NCBI GenBank assembly: GCA_026396115.1
Contig: JAPLXL010000002.1
Span: forward strand, 5,142-69,141
From: Candidatus Nealsonbacteria bacterium
GTDB taxonomy: Bacteria > Patescibacteriota > Minisyncoccia > Minisyncoccales > RBG-13-42-11
DNA length: 64,000 bases
Reading direction: 5' to 3'
Shown piece by piece: positions 7,590 through 16,580 of this stretch. The notes beneath the pieces were generated by a model, which saw only the letters and a list, made by a program, of their open reading frames with translations, searched no databases and was not told the DNA's origin. A program made the translations under genes and the position numbers. Position 1 is the stretch's first letter. The number at the start of each line of letters is the position of its first letter.

Positions 7590-9170
7590 TTAAAATCTCT
7601 TGATCATATAAGTGTCTTCTAATAGATATCTCAACTTTCGGAAGTATTCCCTTGCACCGATGCCGGAAATAACAGCAATTTTATTTAAACCAAATTCTTT
7701 TTTGGCTATTTCTTCTGCCTCTTTGATTAATTTTCTTCCAAGACCTTTATGTTGCGGTGAAATTACACGGGTCCGACCCGTGCAATTTTGATTTAGGGGA
7801 TGGAGTTGACCATATGTATGAATTTCTCGGACTATCGCCTTATTTTGGGAAGTAATTCGTAAACGAAGCAAACTATAAAGTTTTGTTCTGTTTTTATTTT
7901 CAAAGCTTAAAAATATTTCCTTGCCGCCAGAGGCTTTATAATCTTCTCTAAATAGATAAATCCTTTCTTTCGGATCATAGGCTTCCCTTATCTCTCGGCA
8001 CCTAATGCATTTACATCGCCAACCTTCCTTTTTTATTATTTTTGCTAAAATCTGACGAAGGTTAGAAATTTTGGCAGGACCAGAAACAATGGAGGGAGAA
8101 GGGATGTCTCTGCTTATCCTTTGAATTCTGATATAATAAGGAATCCTCTTTTTTATTGATTTAACAAGCTTTATTAGTTGCGATTGACTATAGGGTTTGT
8201 ATTTGCCTTCTTTCCATAATTTGTACAAAGGAGCTTCTTTTAAAAGAGCACAGGGATAAATTTTCAGAAGGTCCGGCTGGAAACTTGGATTTTTAAACAA
8301 CTCAGCAAACATTTTCTCGTCTCTTTTTAAATTAGAGCCGGGCAAGTTAGGCATTAATTGATACAAAACTTTGAATCCGGCATCTTTTAAAAGTTTTGTT
8401 GCCAAAATTGTTTCTTTAATTCCATGACCTCTTAAATTAATTTTTAAGACATCGTCATAAATTGATTGGACCCCTAATTCCACCATTGTTACCCCTAACC
8501 TTCTTAGGTGTTTAATTTCTGATTCTGTAATAAAATCCGGCCTGGTTTCAACCGACAACCCAACAATTCTATGTTTTACTTTTTCGTTTAATCTTTGGAC
8601 TTTTTCTAAGTTTCTCAGCGTAGTTCTGCATATAGTTCGGCGTGGTTCAGCGTTGCAAGCTGCGAAGCAGCGTGTAACAAACCAAATCTGGTATTGCCTC
8701 GGATAGTAAGACCAAGTCCCTCCCACTATTCTCAATTCAATTTTATCTGTTGGGTGTCCTTCCATCTCCAGCATTTCAATCCTTTTTTTAGTTTGCCAAT
8801 AAGGATCAAAATTTAATTTTTTCGCTCTTTCCACTGCCGGTTCTCCGGAAACATAGCTTTTAGGAATTCCTTTTTCAATTGGGCAGTAGAGACATTTTCC
8901 GGGACAGGGGTAGGGCTTGGTTAAAACCGAAACATTAACAATTCCAGAAAGCGAGCGGATTGGCCTCGTTTTAAGTAAAAGCTCCACAAACGCCGTTTTT
9001 TTAATCTTTTTCTTTTTGATTAATTCATGGTAAGTTTTTAATAGAGAAATATTGTTAAGGCAGGGGATTTTATATTTTTTGGCAATTTCTCTTTTAATTT
9101 TAGCCAAATTCTCCAAAGTTCTAACTTTATTTTTAATCAATTCTTTAATTGTAGTTTCTAAAAAATCCAT
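7590..9170 (-). CDS. elp3: Elp3-like radical SAM + GNAT acetyltransferase (tRNA wobble-uridine modification family)
   Basis: CPGKCLYCP radical-SAM cluster motif, a long ELP3-type core, and a C-terminal GNAT motif QHKGLGRKL. ATG at 9170 preferred over TTG at 9176. Confidence 0.8.
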   Translation of the reverse strand: MDFLETTIKELIKNKVRTLENLAKIKREIAKKYKIPCLNNISLLKTYHELIKKKKIKKTAFVELLLKTRPIRSLSGIVNVSVLTKPYPCPGKCLYCPIEKGIPKSYVSGEPAVERAKKLNFDPYWQTKKRIEMLEMEGHPTDKIELRIVGGTWSYYPRQYQIWFVTRCFAACNAEPRRTICRTTLRNLEKVQRLNEKVKHRIVGLSVETRPDFITESEIKHLRRLGVTMVELGVQSIYDDVLKINLRGHGIKETILATKLLKDAGFKVLYQLMPNLPGSNLKRDEKMFAELFKNPSFQPDLLKIYPCALLKEAPLYKLWKEGKYKPYSQSQLIKLVKSIKKRIPYYIRIQRISRDIPSPSIVSGPAKISNLRQILAKIIKKEGWRCKCIRCREIREAYDPKERIYLFREDYKASGGKEIFLSFENKNRTKLYSLLRLRITSQNKAIVREIHTYGQLHPLNQNCTGRTRVISPQHKGLGRKLIKEAEEIAKKEFGLNKIAVISGIGAREYFRKLRYLLEDTYMIKRF

Positions 9171-9870
9171 GGACAAAGAATATGCAAAATATTTATTAGA
9201 AAAAACGAGGAACGATTATAACTTGATTGCCGAAGATTTTTCAATGACCCGTGGTTCAATTTGGCCCGAAACCAAGTCTTTGTTTGACAAATATTTTTTC
9301 CCTGGAGAAAAAGTTTTAGACTTAGGATGCGGAAATGGCCGTTATTTTGACTATCTAAAAGAGAAAAAGGTAAATTATTTTGGTGTGGACAATTCTGAAA
9401 AACTAATTGAAATAGCGAAAGCCAGATACCCGGAAGCCGATTTCCAAATGACTGATGCCTTAAATTTACCATTTTCTGATAATTTTTTCGATAAAGTTAT
9501 TAGTATTGCTGTTTTTCACCATATACCTTCGGAAGAATTAAGAATTAGTTTTTTAAATGAAGCAAAAAGAATTTTAAAGCCAGAAGGATTTTTAATTCTA
9601 ACCGTCTGGAATTGGTGGGATTTTCGGGATCTCGAGGGAATCTTTCTAATTTTTAAACTTGCTATTTTAAAATTATTCGGAAAATCGAAATTAGATTTTA
9701 AAGATGTTTTTGATCCTTGGGCAAAAAAAACAGATCTCTATTATCATTGTTTTACTAAAAAGAAATTAAAGAATTTGGTCAAGAAAGTTGATTTTAGAAT
9801 AAGAGAAGTTGGAATTTTAAAAAGGCCGAGGAAAAAAGAAAGCAATATCTTTTTAATAGCTCAAAAATAA
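9169..9870 (+). CDS. Class I SAM-dependent methyltransferase
   Basis: VLDLGCGNGRY motif I. Start at ATG 9169 (MDKEYAKYL). The longer track ORF from 9052 would overlap elp3 antisense. Confidence 0.8.
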   Translation: MDKEYAKYLLEKTRNDYNLIAEDFSMTRGSIWPETKSLFDKYFFPGEKVLDLGCGNGRYFDYLKEKKVNYFGVDNSEKLIEIAKARYPEADFQMTDALNLPFSDNFFDKVISIAVFHHIPSEELRISFLNEAKRILKPEGFLILTVWNWWDFRDLEGIFLIFKLAILKLFGKSKLDFKDVFDPWAKKTDLYYHCFTKKKLKNLVKKVDFRIREVGILKRPRKKESNIFLIAQK

Positions 9871-9874
9871 TAAT

Positions 9875-9946
9875 GTCCCTATAGCTTAATGGATAAAGCG
9901 CAACCCTCCGGAGGTTGAGATCTCCGTTCGACTCGGAGTAGGGACA
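9875..9946 (+). tRNA. tRNA-Arg (anticodon CCG), CCA not encoded
   Basis: Hand-folded cloverleaf: acceptor GTCCCTA/TAGGGAC, anticodon arm CAACC-CTCCGGA-GGTTG, T arm CTCCG-TTCGACT-CGGAG. Confidence 0.9.
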
Positions 9947-10028
9947 CATTTAAAAGCACCGGGGTGAAATTTCTGTTGGGAACATAAAAGTGTGGATAAA
10001 CTGGGGATAGTCCTCTATAAAAAATGAG

Positions 10029-10056
10029 TTGACAAAAGTTTTTGGTTTATTAAACT
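10029..10056 (+). promoter_or_regulatory. Sigma70-like promoter (TTGACA - 16 nt - TAAACT)
   Basis: TTGACA at 10029-10034 and TAAACT at 10051-10056. The predicted start falls near the G-run at 10064. Confidence 0.45.
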
Positions 10057-10063
10057 AATAAAC

Positions 10064-10228
10064 GAGGGGGTGCGGGTTTTTTGCCCAAGGACAGATGGTT
10101 TTTGATAAAGGAGATGATAGCAGCTGCCTGGTTATGTCCACCTGGACTTAAGTAAAAATCAAGTTTGTCAGAAGCTATTCCCCCCTCATTAAACCCCGTT
10201 AGAAAAATTTTCTAGCGGGTTTTAATTT
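10064..10228 (+). ncRNA. Candidate small structured RNA of unknown class, with intrinsic terminator
   Basis: The 5' GAGGGGG (10064-10070) is complementary to CCCCCTC (10181-10187), enclosing about 125 nt. This is followed by the hairpin CCCGTTAGAAAA/TTTTCTAGCGGG plus a T-run (10195-10228). No convincing ORF. Confidence 0.3.
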
Positions 10229-10264
10229 AGACAAAATATTCAAAATTTCTGACGGGGTAAAAAT

Positions 10265-10287
10265 GGGAAGCAATCCTTCCCGTTTTT
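10265..10287 (+). terminator. Intrinsic terminator
   Basis: GGGAAG-CAATC-CTTCCC followed by GTTTTT. Confidence 0.6.
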
Positions 10288-10319
10288 AATTGAATTAAAG
10301 TTATGCTATAATAATTTAT

Positions 10320-10889
10320 ATGAATTATAAAATTGCGGTTTCTGGCGCAGCTCATATTAGTCATTGCTGCAAAGACATTGAAAGATTATCAAAAGAGGTT
10401 GGTCGAGAAATTGCTAAAAAAAAGTGTGTTCTTGTTACCGGCGCTACTACCGGTGTTCCTTATTTTTCCGCTTTGGGATGTGAGGAAGCCGGGGGTTTTA
10501 ATGTGGGTTTTTCGCCGGCCACTTCTGAAGCTGCCCATTTGAAAATTTATAGATTGCCTCTTGATCCTTTTAATATAATGATTTACACCGGTGCTGATTA
10601 TGTGGGCCGTAATGTAATTATGACCAAGTCCGTAGATGGAGTGATTATTATTTGCGGTAGAATGGGAACTTTGCATGAATTTGTCACTGCTTTTGAAATT
10701 CAAAAACCAATTGCCGTTTTGGAGGAAACAGGCGGAATGGCAGACAAGATAAAACAAATTGCCACCGGTCCTCACCGTGGAGTGAAAAAGATTATTTATG
10801 AGAAAGATCCAAAGAAACTGGTTGAAAAATTAATTGCTCAAATCAAAGAAGAAAAGAAAAAAGTCATAAATATTAAAATTAATTCGTAG
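10320..10889 (+). CDS. SLOG/LOG-superfamily Rossmann-fold protein (TIGR00725-like)
   Basis: IAVSGAA...VLVTGATTGVP...IIICGRMGTLHEF pattern of the LOG/TIGR00725 group. Confidence 0.55.
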   Translation: MNYKIAVSGAAHISHCCKDIERLSKEVGREIAKKKCVLVTGATTGVPYFSALGCEEAGGFNVGFSPATSEAAHLKIYRLPLDPFNIMIYTGADYVGRNVIMTKSVDGVIIICGRMGTLHEFVTAFEIQKPIAVLEETGGMADKIKQIATGPHRGVKKIIYEKDPKKLVEKLIAQIKEEKKKVINIKINS

Positions 10890-11026
10890 CCGAAGTCGCC
10901 CGTTCGTAAATTCGTACAACGACTTCGGGAGAAAGGTCGACCTCAGTAGTAGAGCATAGTGTTCACTACGGGGCAAGAAAATATTTTTTTAATTATTAAT
11001 CTAACAAAATATATTTTAAAATATTT

Positions 11027-11287
11027 ATGCCAGAAGAAATTGAAGGAAAGTTAATAGGAAAGGTTACTCATTATTTTGGCCAGATTGGAGTAGCGGTGAT
11101 TGATTTTTCTGATAAATTTAAAGTAGGCGAGACAATTAGAATTATTGGGGGAGAGACTGATTTTACCCAACAGGTGGAATCAATGGAGACTGAACATCAA
11201 AAGATTAAGGAAGCCAAAAAAGGAGATTCCATTGGATTAAAAGTAGAACAAAAGGTCCGAGAGGGCTACAAAGTCTATAAAGTTTAA
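11027..11287 (+). CDS. Small beta-barrel protein (translation-elongation-factor domain-2-like)
   Basis: 86-aa ORF. The pattern GKVTHYFGQIGVAVI...GDSIGLKV resembles EF-Tu domain-2-like small proteins. Confidence 0.35.
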   Translation: MPEEIEGKLIGKVTHYFGQIGVAVIDFSDKFKVGETIRIIGGETDFTQQVESMETEHQKIKEAKKGDSIGLKVEQKVREGYKVYKV

Positions 11288-11289
11288 AA

Positions 11290-11745
11290 ATGGCTTTTTC
11301 TGAAAGTTTTCAAATTGTTATCCAGCTATTTTTAGCTGTCATTTTAGGCAGTTTAATTGGTTTGGAAAGAGAACTTAAAAGAAAAGAAGCAGGTTTGCAA
11401 ACCTATAGTTTAGTAGTTTTGGGTGCCTGCCTTTTTACCGTAATTTCTTTTCAATTATTTAATTCCTTTCTTGGCAAGGCCGGTATTAATTTCGATCCTT
11501 CAAGAGTAATCCAGGCGATTGCCATAGGAATTGGCTTTATTGGAGCAGGAGTGATTTTCCGGCAATCCTCTGGAACAGTAGGACTCACTACAGCCGTTGG
11601 TCTCTGGGCAGTAGCAGCAATTGGGATTGCGGTTGGAGCTAAGCTTTATTTCTTAGCTATCATAGGAACATTTTTAACTCTTCTTATTTTTGCCGGTTTG
11701 GGTTTATTAGAAGAGAAAATGTTAAAAAAAATTAAGAAAGAGTAA
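11290..11745 (+). CDS. MgtC/SapB family membrane protein
   Basis: LGSLIGLERE motif and 4 predicted hydrophobic helices. Confidence 0.75.
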   Translation: MAFSESFQIVIQLFLAVILGSLIGLERELKRKEAGLQTYSLVVLGACLFTVISFQLFNSFLGKAGINFDPSRVIQAIAIGIGFIGAGVIFRQSSGTVGLTTAVGLWAVAAIGIAVGAKLYFLAIIGTFLTLLIFAGLGLLEEKMLKKIKKE

Positions 11746-11775
11746 AAATTTTAAACTCTTTATATAAACCAAAAG

Positions 11776-11808
11776 CACCAGTGATTTGCGATGTCTTGGT
11801 GTTTTTTT
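11776..11808 (+). terminator. Intrinsic terminator after the mgtC-like gene
   Basis: CACCA...TGGTG stem followed by TTTTTTT. Confidence 0.45.
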
Positions 11809-11841
11809 GCTTTAAAATGTTAAAAATGATAAATTGAACTC

Positions 11842-13092
11842 ATGAAGTTCGTAGCTGATTTTCATATTCATAGCAGATATTCACGGGCAACTTCCCGACA
11901 TATGGATTTGGAAAATCTTGATAAGTGGGCAAGAATTAAAGGAATTAAGGTTCTGGGAACCGGGGATTTCAGCCATCCCGAATGGTTTAAATCTTTAAAA
12001 GAAAAATTAGAACCTGCAGAGATAGGTCTTTTTAAGTTAAAAAAACAAGACAATGGGACGCGTTTTATATTGACTAATGAAATTAGCTGCATTTATTCAA
12101 AAAAAGGAAGAGTCAGAAAAATTCATATTTTAATTTTTAGTCCCTCTTTTGAAGCGGCAGAAAAAATTAATGTCCAATTAAGTTGGATTGGCAATTTAAA
12201 GGCAGATGGCAGGCCAATTTTAGGGTTAGATGCTAAAGAATTAGCCAAAATTGTTTTAAACGCTTCGGAAGATTGTTTAGTTGTACCAAGCCATGCCTGG
12301 ACTCCTTGGTTTTCTATTTTTGGTTCAAAATCAGGATTTGATTCAATTGAAGAATGTTTTGAAGAATACTCAAAATATATTTATGCTTTGGAAACCGGGC
12401 TTTCTAGCGATCCCTTAATGAATTGGCGGTTATCAGCTTTGGATAAAATTACTTTAATCAGTAATTCCGACGCGCACAGTGGACCAAAATTGGGCAGAGA
12501 AGCAAATGTTTTTGATACAGAGCTTAGTTATCAGTCAATTATTGGAGCAATTAAAACCAAAAATCCTCAAAAATTTTTGTACACAATTGAATTTTTTCCA
12601 GAAGAAGGAAAATATCATTATGACGGCCATAGAAATTGCGAAATTAGATTGTCTCCAAAAGAAACCAAAAAATATAACGGAATTTGTCCGGTTTGCGGTA
12701 AACCGTTGACAATTGGAGTTCTAAACAGGGTTGAAGAGCTGGCTGATAGAAAAGAAGGTTTTATTCCGGAGAGAGCCATTCCTTTTAAAAGTTTAGTTCC
12801 TTTAGAAGAGATTATTGCCGATGCTTTAGGTTGTTCTACCGGAACCAAGGGAGTTGAAAAAGAATACAAAAATTTAATTGAAAAATTGGGCTCAGAATTT
12901 AATATTCTTCTTGAGGTGCCGCCAGAAAACCTGCAGACCGTAACTCTTCCTGAAATCAGTGAGGCAATAATAAGAGTGAGAAAAGGGAAGGTGGTTAAAG
13001 AACCTGGATACGACGGAGTTTACGGGAAAATAAAAATTTTTTCTTCGGGCGAAAGAAAAAAGGATAGCTTTAAACAAAAAACTTTGTTTTAA
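11842..13092 (+). CDS. PHP-domain endonuclease Q-like protein (TIGR00375 family)
   Basis: N-terminal FHIHSRYSRATS PHP motif and a central zinc motif HRNCE...CPVCGKPLTIGVLNRVEELA. Confidence 0.55.
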   Translation: MKFVADFHIHSRYSRATSRHMDLENLDKWARIKGIKVLGTGDFSHPEWFKSLKEKLEPAEIGLFKLKKQDNGTRFILTNEISCIYSKKGRVRKIHILIFSPSFEAAEKINVQLSWIGNLKADGRPILGLDAKELAKIVLNASEDCLVVPSHAWTPWFSIFGSKSGFDSIEECFEEYSKYIYALETGLSSDPLMNWRLSALDKITLISNSDAHSGPKLGREANVFDTELSYQSIIGAIKTKNPQKFLYTIEFFPEEGKYHYDGHRNCEIRLSPKETKKYNGICPVCGKPLTIGVLNRVEELADRKEGFIPERAIPFKSLVPLEEIIADALGCSTGTKGVEKEYKNLIEKLGSEFNILLEVPPENLQTVTLPEISEAIIRVRKGKVVKEPGYDGVYGKIKIFSSGERKKDSFKQKTLF

Positions 13093-13093
13093 A

Positions 13094-13171
13094 GGGCGAA
13101 GAGAACTTCATTCTCTTTTTCAGCTATCCGAATGACAATGAAGGGTTAAGAAGAGATTTATTTCTTCGACC
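13094..13171. repeat. Family A composite element between the endoQ-like gene and ispG (supplies the ispG stop)
   Basis: GGGCGAAGAGAACTTCATTCTCTTT ... GGGTTAAGAAGAGATTTATTTCTTCGACC. Confidence 0.8.
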
Positions 13172-14231
13172 AACTTTTTTTAATATATTTCCTTAGCTCT
13201 TTTTTAAATATTTTAAAAATCTCTTTTTCTTTAGCTCGGTGAATAATTTCACCATTTTTCATCATCAAGGTTAAATCTTTGGCGCCAACAATTGCTAAGT
13301 CCGCTTCTCTTCCTTCTCCTAAGCCATTTACCAAACATCCCATAATAGCTATTCTTAGTGGTTTTTTTATTTCGCTGGTTATTTTTTCTACTTTTTTTGT
13401 TAAACTCACGACATCAATTGAACTTCTGGCGCAAGTAGGACAACTGACAATTTTTATTCCTCTTTCTCTCAAATCCAAACTCTTTAATATTTCCCAACCA
13501 ACCTTTACTTCTTCAACCGGGTCCTCGGTAAGAGAAACTCTAATTGTATCTCCAATTCCATCTAACAAAAGAGTGCCCAAAGCAATAGATGATTTAATTG
13601 ATCCTGGAAATTTACTACCAGCTTCAGTTAAACCAAGATGAAGGGGATAATTTGTTTTTTGAGATAGTAGTTTGTAGGCTTTTATTGTTCTTAGGGCGTC
13701 CGGCGCTTTTAAGGAAATTACCAAATCCTTAAAATCGAGTTTTTCCATTAATTTAATATTTCTCAGAGCGGATTTTACCATCATTTCAGCGGTTGCCATT
13801 TTATGTTCTCCCAATATCTCTTTCTCCAGAGATCCGCTATTTATTCCGATTCTAATTGGAATTTTTTTCTTTTTAGCTTCCTTGACTATTTCTTTTAATT
13901 TGTTTTTCGGAAAATTACCGGGGTTAATCCTTAGCTTATCTACTCCTTGATTTATTGCCTCTAAAGCCAAATCTACTGAAAAATGAATATCGGCAACCAA
14001 AGGAATATCTATTTGTTTTTTGATTTTAGAAAGAGTTTTGGCAGATTTAAAATCAGGCACCCCCACTCTTATTATTTCACATCCTGCTTTTTCTAATTGT
14101 TTTATTTGTTTGACAGTCTTTTCGACATTAAAAGTAGGAGTATTAGTCATCGATTGGACCAAAATGGGAAAATCCCCCCCAATTTTTAGATTGCCAATTT
14201 TTACTATTTTGGTTCTCCGCCTTTTAATCAT
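13158..14231 (-). CDS. ispG: 4-hydroxy-3-methylbut-2-en-1-yl diphosphate synthase
   Basis: 357 aa with VQSMTNT, RINPGN and SCPTCAR motifs. The last codons and the stop lie in a family A repeat. Confidence 0.92.
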   Translation of the reverse strand: MIKRRRTKIVKIGNLKIGGDFPILVQSMTNTPTFNVEKTVKQIKQLEKAGCEIIRVGVPDFKSAKTLSKIKKQIDIPLVADIHFSVDLALEAINQGVDKLRINPGNFPKNKLKEIVKEAKKKKIPIRIGINSGSLEKEILGEHKMATAEMMVKSALRNIKLMEKLDFKDLVISLKAPDALRTIKAYKLLSQKTNYPLHLGLTEAGSKFPGSIKSSIALGTLLLDGIGDTIRVSLTEDPVEEVKVGWEILKSLDLRERGIKIVSCPTCARSSIDVVSLTKKVEKITSEIKKPLRIAIMGCLVNGLGEGREADLAIVGAKDLTLMMKNGEIIHRAKEKEIFKIFKKELRKYIKKSWSKK

Positions 14232-14232
14232 T

Positions 14233-14289
14233 AACCGAGCTTACATTTATGGAAGCGAAGGTGAAGAAGAGGACGAATTCCTCTTCACC
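14233..14289. repeat. Family A type A2 element between ispH and ispG
   Basis: AACCGAGCTTACATTTATGGAAGCGAAGGTGAAGAAGAGGACGAATTCCTCTTCACC. Confidence 0.9.
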
Positions 14290-15110
14290 TTTTTTAAATA
14301 TTTTCTAATTTTTTGAATTTCCCGATCTGGCATTGAAGTTCCAGATATAACTCCCAAACTAGAAATGCCTTTAAAATTGATTTTTTTTAACTCTTCTAAA
14401 GAATTTATCCACCAGGCTGGTTTTTTAGATTTTTTTGCAATTTCTACTAAACGTCGAGTATTGGCTGATGAATGAGAGCCAATCACTAAAGTTCCATCAG
14501 CTTTTTTTAAAATTTCAGACAACTCCTTTTGGCGAAATATTACTTCAGGACAGATGGTATTCACCCATTTAAATTCCTTAACTTTATTTTTTAAAATTGT
14601 TAAAATTTGATTAACTTTATTTAAATTTTGAGTGGTTTGAGAAACCACTCCTATTTTCTTCAATTTTGGAAGATTTTTAGCTTGAAAACCATTTTCAATA
14701 ATAATTGCTCGATTCTTGACGCATTCTTTTATTCCTTTTGTTTCCGGATGATTTTTATCGCCAATAATTATCACCCGATACCCCTGTTTAAAAAGAAAAT
14801 TAGCTGTCCTTTGAACTCTTTCTACTAATGGACAAGTGGTGTCTCTAATTAATACTTTTTTTCCAATTTTCGTTGAATCAAGAATTTCTCCGTGAGCTCT
14901 GAGAATTAATGTTCCAGAGCTAATTTCTTTTAAATTGGAAATAAATTTCCCCCCTTGCTTCTTTAATTTTTCAATTATTTTTTCATTATGAACTAATGGG
15001 CCTAAAAATTGAATTGGCTTCGGATCCTCCTCTAATGATTTTTCAGCAATAGTGATCGCCCTTTTCACTCCAGAGCAGAAACCAATATGTTTTGCAAAAA
15101 TGACTTTCAT
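14247..15110 (-). CDS. ispH: 4-hydroxy-3-methylbut-2-enyl diphosphate reductase
   Basis: GFCSGVKRAI, TCPLV and ICPEV cluster-cysteine motifs. The C-terminal tail KRNSSSSSPSLP is encoded by a family A repeat. Confidence 0.9.
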   Translation of the reverse strand: MKVIFAKHIGFCSGVKRAITIAEKSLEEDPKPIQFLGPLVHNEKIIEKLKKQGGKFISNLKEISSGTLILRAHGEILDSTKIGKKVLIRDTTCPLVERVQRTANFLFKQGYRVIIIGDKNHPETKGIKECVKNRAIIIENGFQAKNLPKLKKIGVVSQTTQNLNKVNQILTILKNKVKEFKWVNTICPEVIFRQKELSEILKKADGTLVIGSHSSANTRRLVEIAKKSKKPAWWINSLEELKKINFKGISSLGVISGTSMPDREIQKIRKYLKKVKRNSSSSSPSLP

Positions 15111-15787
15111 AATTGATTCTCTACAAATTTTAAATCTTCAGGATAAGTTACCTTTATATTTTTGAAACTAGCTGGGACAATTTTTGGTTTTACTCCTAAC
15201 TTTTCTACTAAAGAAACATCATCTGTTCCATAAAACTTTTCAGCAAAAGCCTCCTCAAAAGCCCTTTTAGCCAATGTATATTCTATTACTTGAGGAGTTT
15301 GAGCTAAAAAAATCTTTTCTCGTCCGATGGTTCTAGTCACAAATCCATTTTTATCTCTTTCTTTTATCGTGTCTCTCGTTGGCTGAGCAACTAAAGCAAC
15401 CTTATATTTTTTTGCTGCCCGAATTACATCAGTGATTTCATTTTGAGAAACCAAGGGATTTGCACCATTATGAAATAAAATTAAATCTCCAGATTTTGCC
15501 CCTAATTTTTCAGCTGCTTTTAATCCAGTAAAGGCTGAATCTTGTCGCTCTTTTCCACCTTTTGCGACTAATTTAATTTTTTTAAACCCATATTTTTTGA
15601 TTAAACTAAAAAATTTCTTGGAATTTGATGCCTTCGCTAATAAAATTATTCCATCAACCTGGGGATGTTTTTCAAAAGCTTCAATTGTATAAAAAATCAA
15701 GGGTTTTCCTTTAATCCGATAAAAAATCTTATTAATTTTCCGCATTCTTTCGCTATCGCCGGCAGCTAAAATAATAGCAATATTCAT
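15107..15787 (-). CDS. ispD: 2-C-methyl-D-erythritol 4-phosphate cytidylyltransferase
   Basis: AIILAAGDSERM N-terminus; IspD family length and pattern. Confidence 0.85.
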   Translation of the reverse strand: MNIAIILAAGDSERMRKINKIFYRIKGKPLIFYTIEAFEKHPQVDGIILLAKASNSKKFFSLIKKYGFKKIKLVAKGGKERQDSAFTGLKAAEKLGAKSGDLILFHNGANPLVSQNEITDVIRAAKKYKVALVAQPTRDTIKERDKNGFVTRTIGREKIFLAQTPQVIEYTLAKRAFEEAFAEKFYGTDDVSLVEKLGVKPKIVPASFKNIKVTYPEDLKFVENQL

Positions 15788-16580
15788 TAGATTGCAATAT
15801 TTTCCGTATTTTTAAAGCTTCTTTTTGGGGACGGCAAATGAAAATATCCCCGTTAAATTTCTGATAGTTTTCAGTAATTTTTTTAGCCGTTTCATAGTTA
15901 TTAGTTTCACAAAAAACCGTTGGTCCGGATCCAGAAAGTTTAGTTTCAAGTTTAAATTTTTTAAGATAATTTTCAATTTTTAAGATATCGGGACAAATTT
16001 CTTTGGCCAGGATTGAAAAATTTCTCCCTGTTTTATCATAAAACTTATACATCTTTTTGGTTTCTATTCTTTTGTGAGGTCGAAAAAGAACAAAAACTTT
16101 TGGCAATTTTTTTTTGATAGGGGTTATTTTTTCTCCAATTCCCTCTACTTGACAAGTGCCGCCATAAAAGAAAAAAGGAATGTCGGCGCCTACCATTAGG
16201 CCGATTTGTATTAATTTCTTTCTCCCTAAATTTAATTTATAAAGTAGATTTAAGGCAAGTAAGGTAGCAGCAGCATCAGCGCTGCCGCCGCCAAGGCCGG
16301 CTGAAATTGGAATTGTTTTTTGAAGATGAATTCGGCAAGGAAGTTTTCTGTTTAAAGTTTTTTCTAAGGTTTTTTTAGCTTTTAAAATAATATTCTCTGA
16401 TTTCGGGCAAATTATCGCTCCGGTAAACTCATTTTTCTTGTGTTTTTCAAAAAACAAAAAATCAGAAAGGTTAATTGATTGAAAGACGCTTTTAATTAGA
16501 TGATGTCCGTTAGTTCTTTTTCCTAAAATTTTCAAATCAAGATTTAATTTAGCGTTGGCTTGAATTAAGATGGCATCCAT
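15753..16580 (-). CDS. ispE: 4-diphosphocytidyl-2-C-methyl-D-erythritol kinase
   Basis: GHMP kinase motif PISAGLGGGSADAAA, with an N-terminal KLNLDLKI pattern. Confidence 0.85.
   Translation of the reverse strand: MDAILIQANAKLNLDLKILGKRTNGHHLIKSVFQSINLSDFLFFEKHKKNEFTGAIICPKSENIILKAKKTLEKTLNRKLPCRIHLQKTIPISAGLGGGSADAAATLLALNLLYKLNLGRKKLIQIGLMVGADIPFFFYGGTCQVEGIGEKITPIKKKLPKVFVLFRPHKRIETKKMYKFYDKTGRNFSILAKEICPDILKIENYLKKFKLETKLSGSGPTVFCETNNYETAKKITENYQKFNGDIFICRPQKEALKIRKILQSNEYCYYFSCRR

Noticed and set aside
7475-7594. 39-aa basic ORF (MRNYASKRAKKGKLAYRTPSGFIYQKYKQVLKYKQKKVS) between the NIF3 gene and elp3.
   Set aside because: It does not match any ribosomal or other small-protein family I recognise, has no start signal, and is below the track threshold. 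Kept only as a note.
10064-10187. Calling the candidate RNA an SRP (4.5S) RNA.
   Set aside because: Size and terminal G/C pairing fit. However, I could not identify the conserved apical GNAR tetraloop with the flanking symmetric-loop AGCA/GGAA arrangement, so the class is left open.
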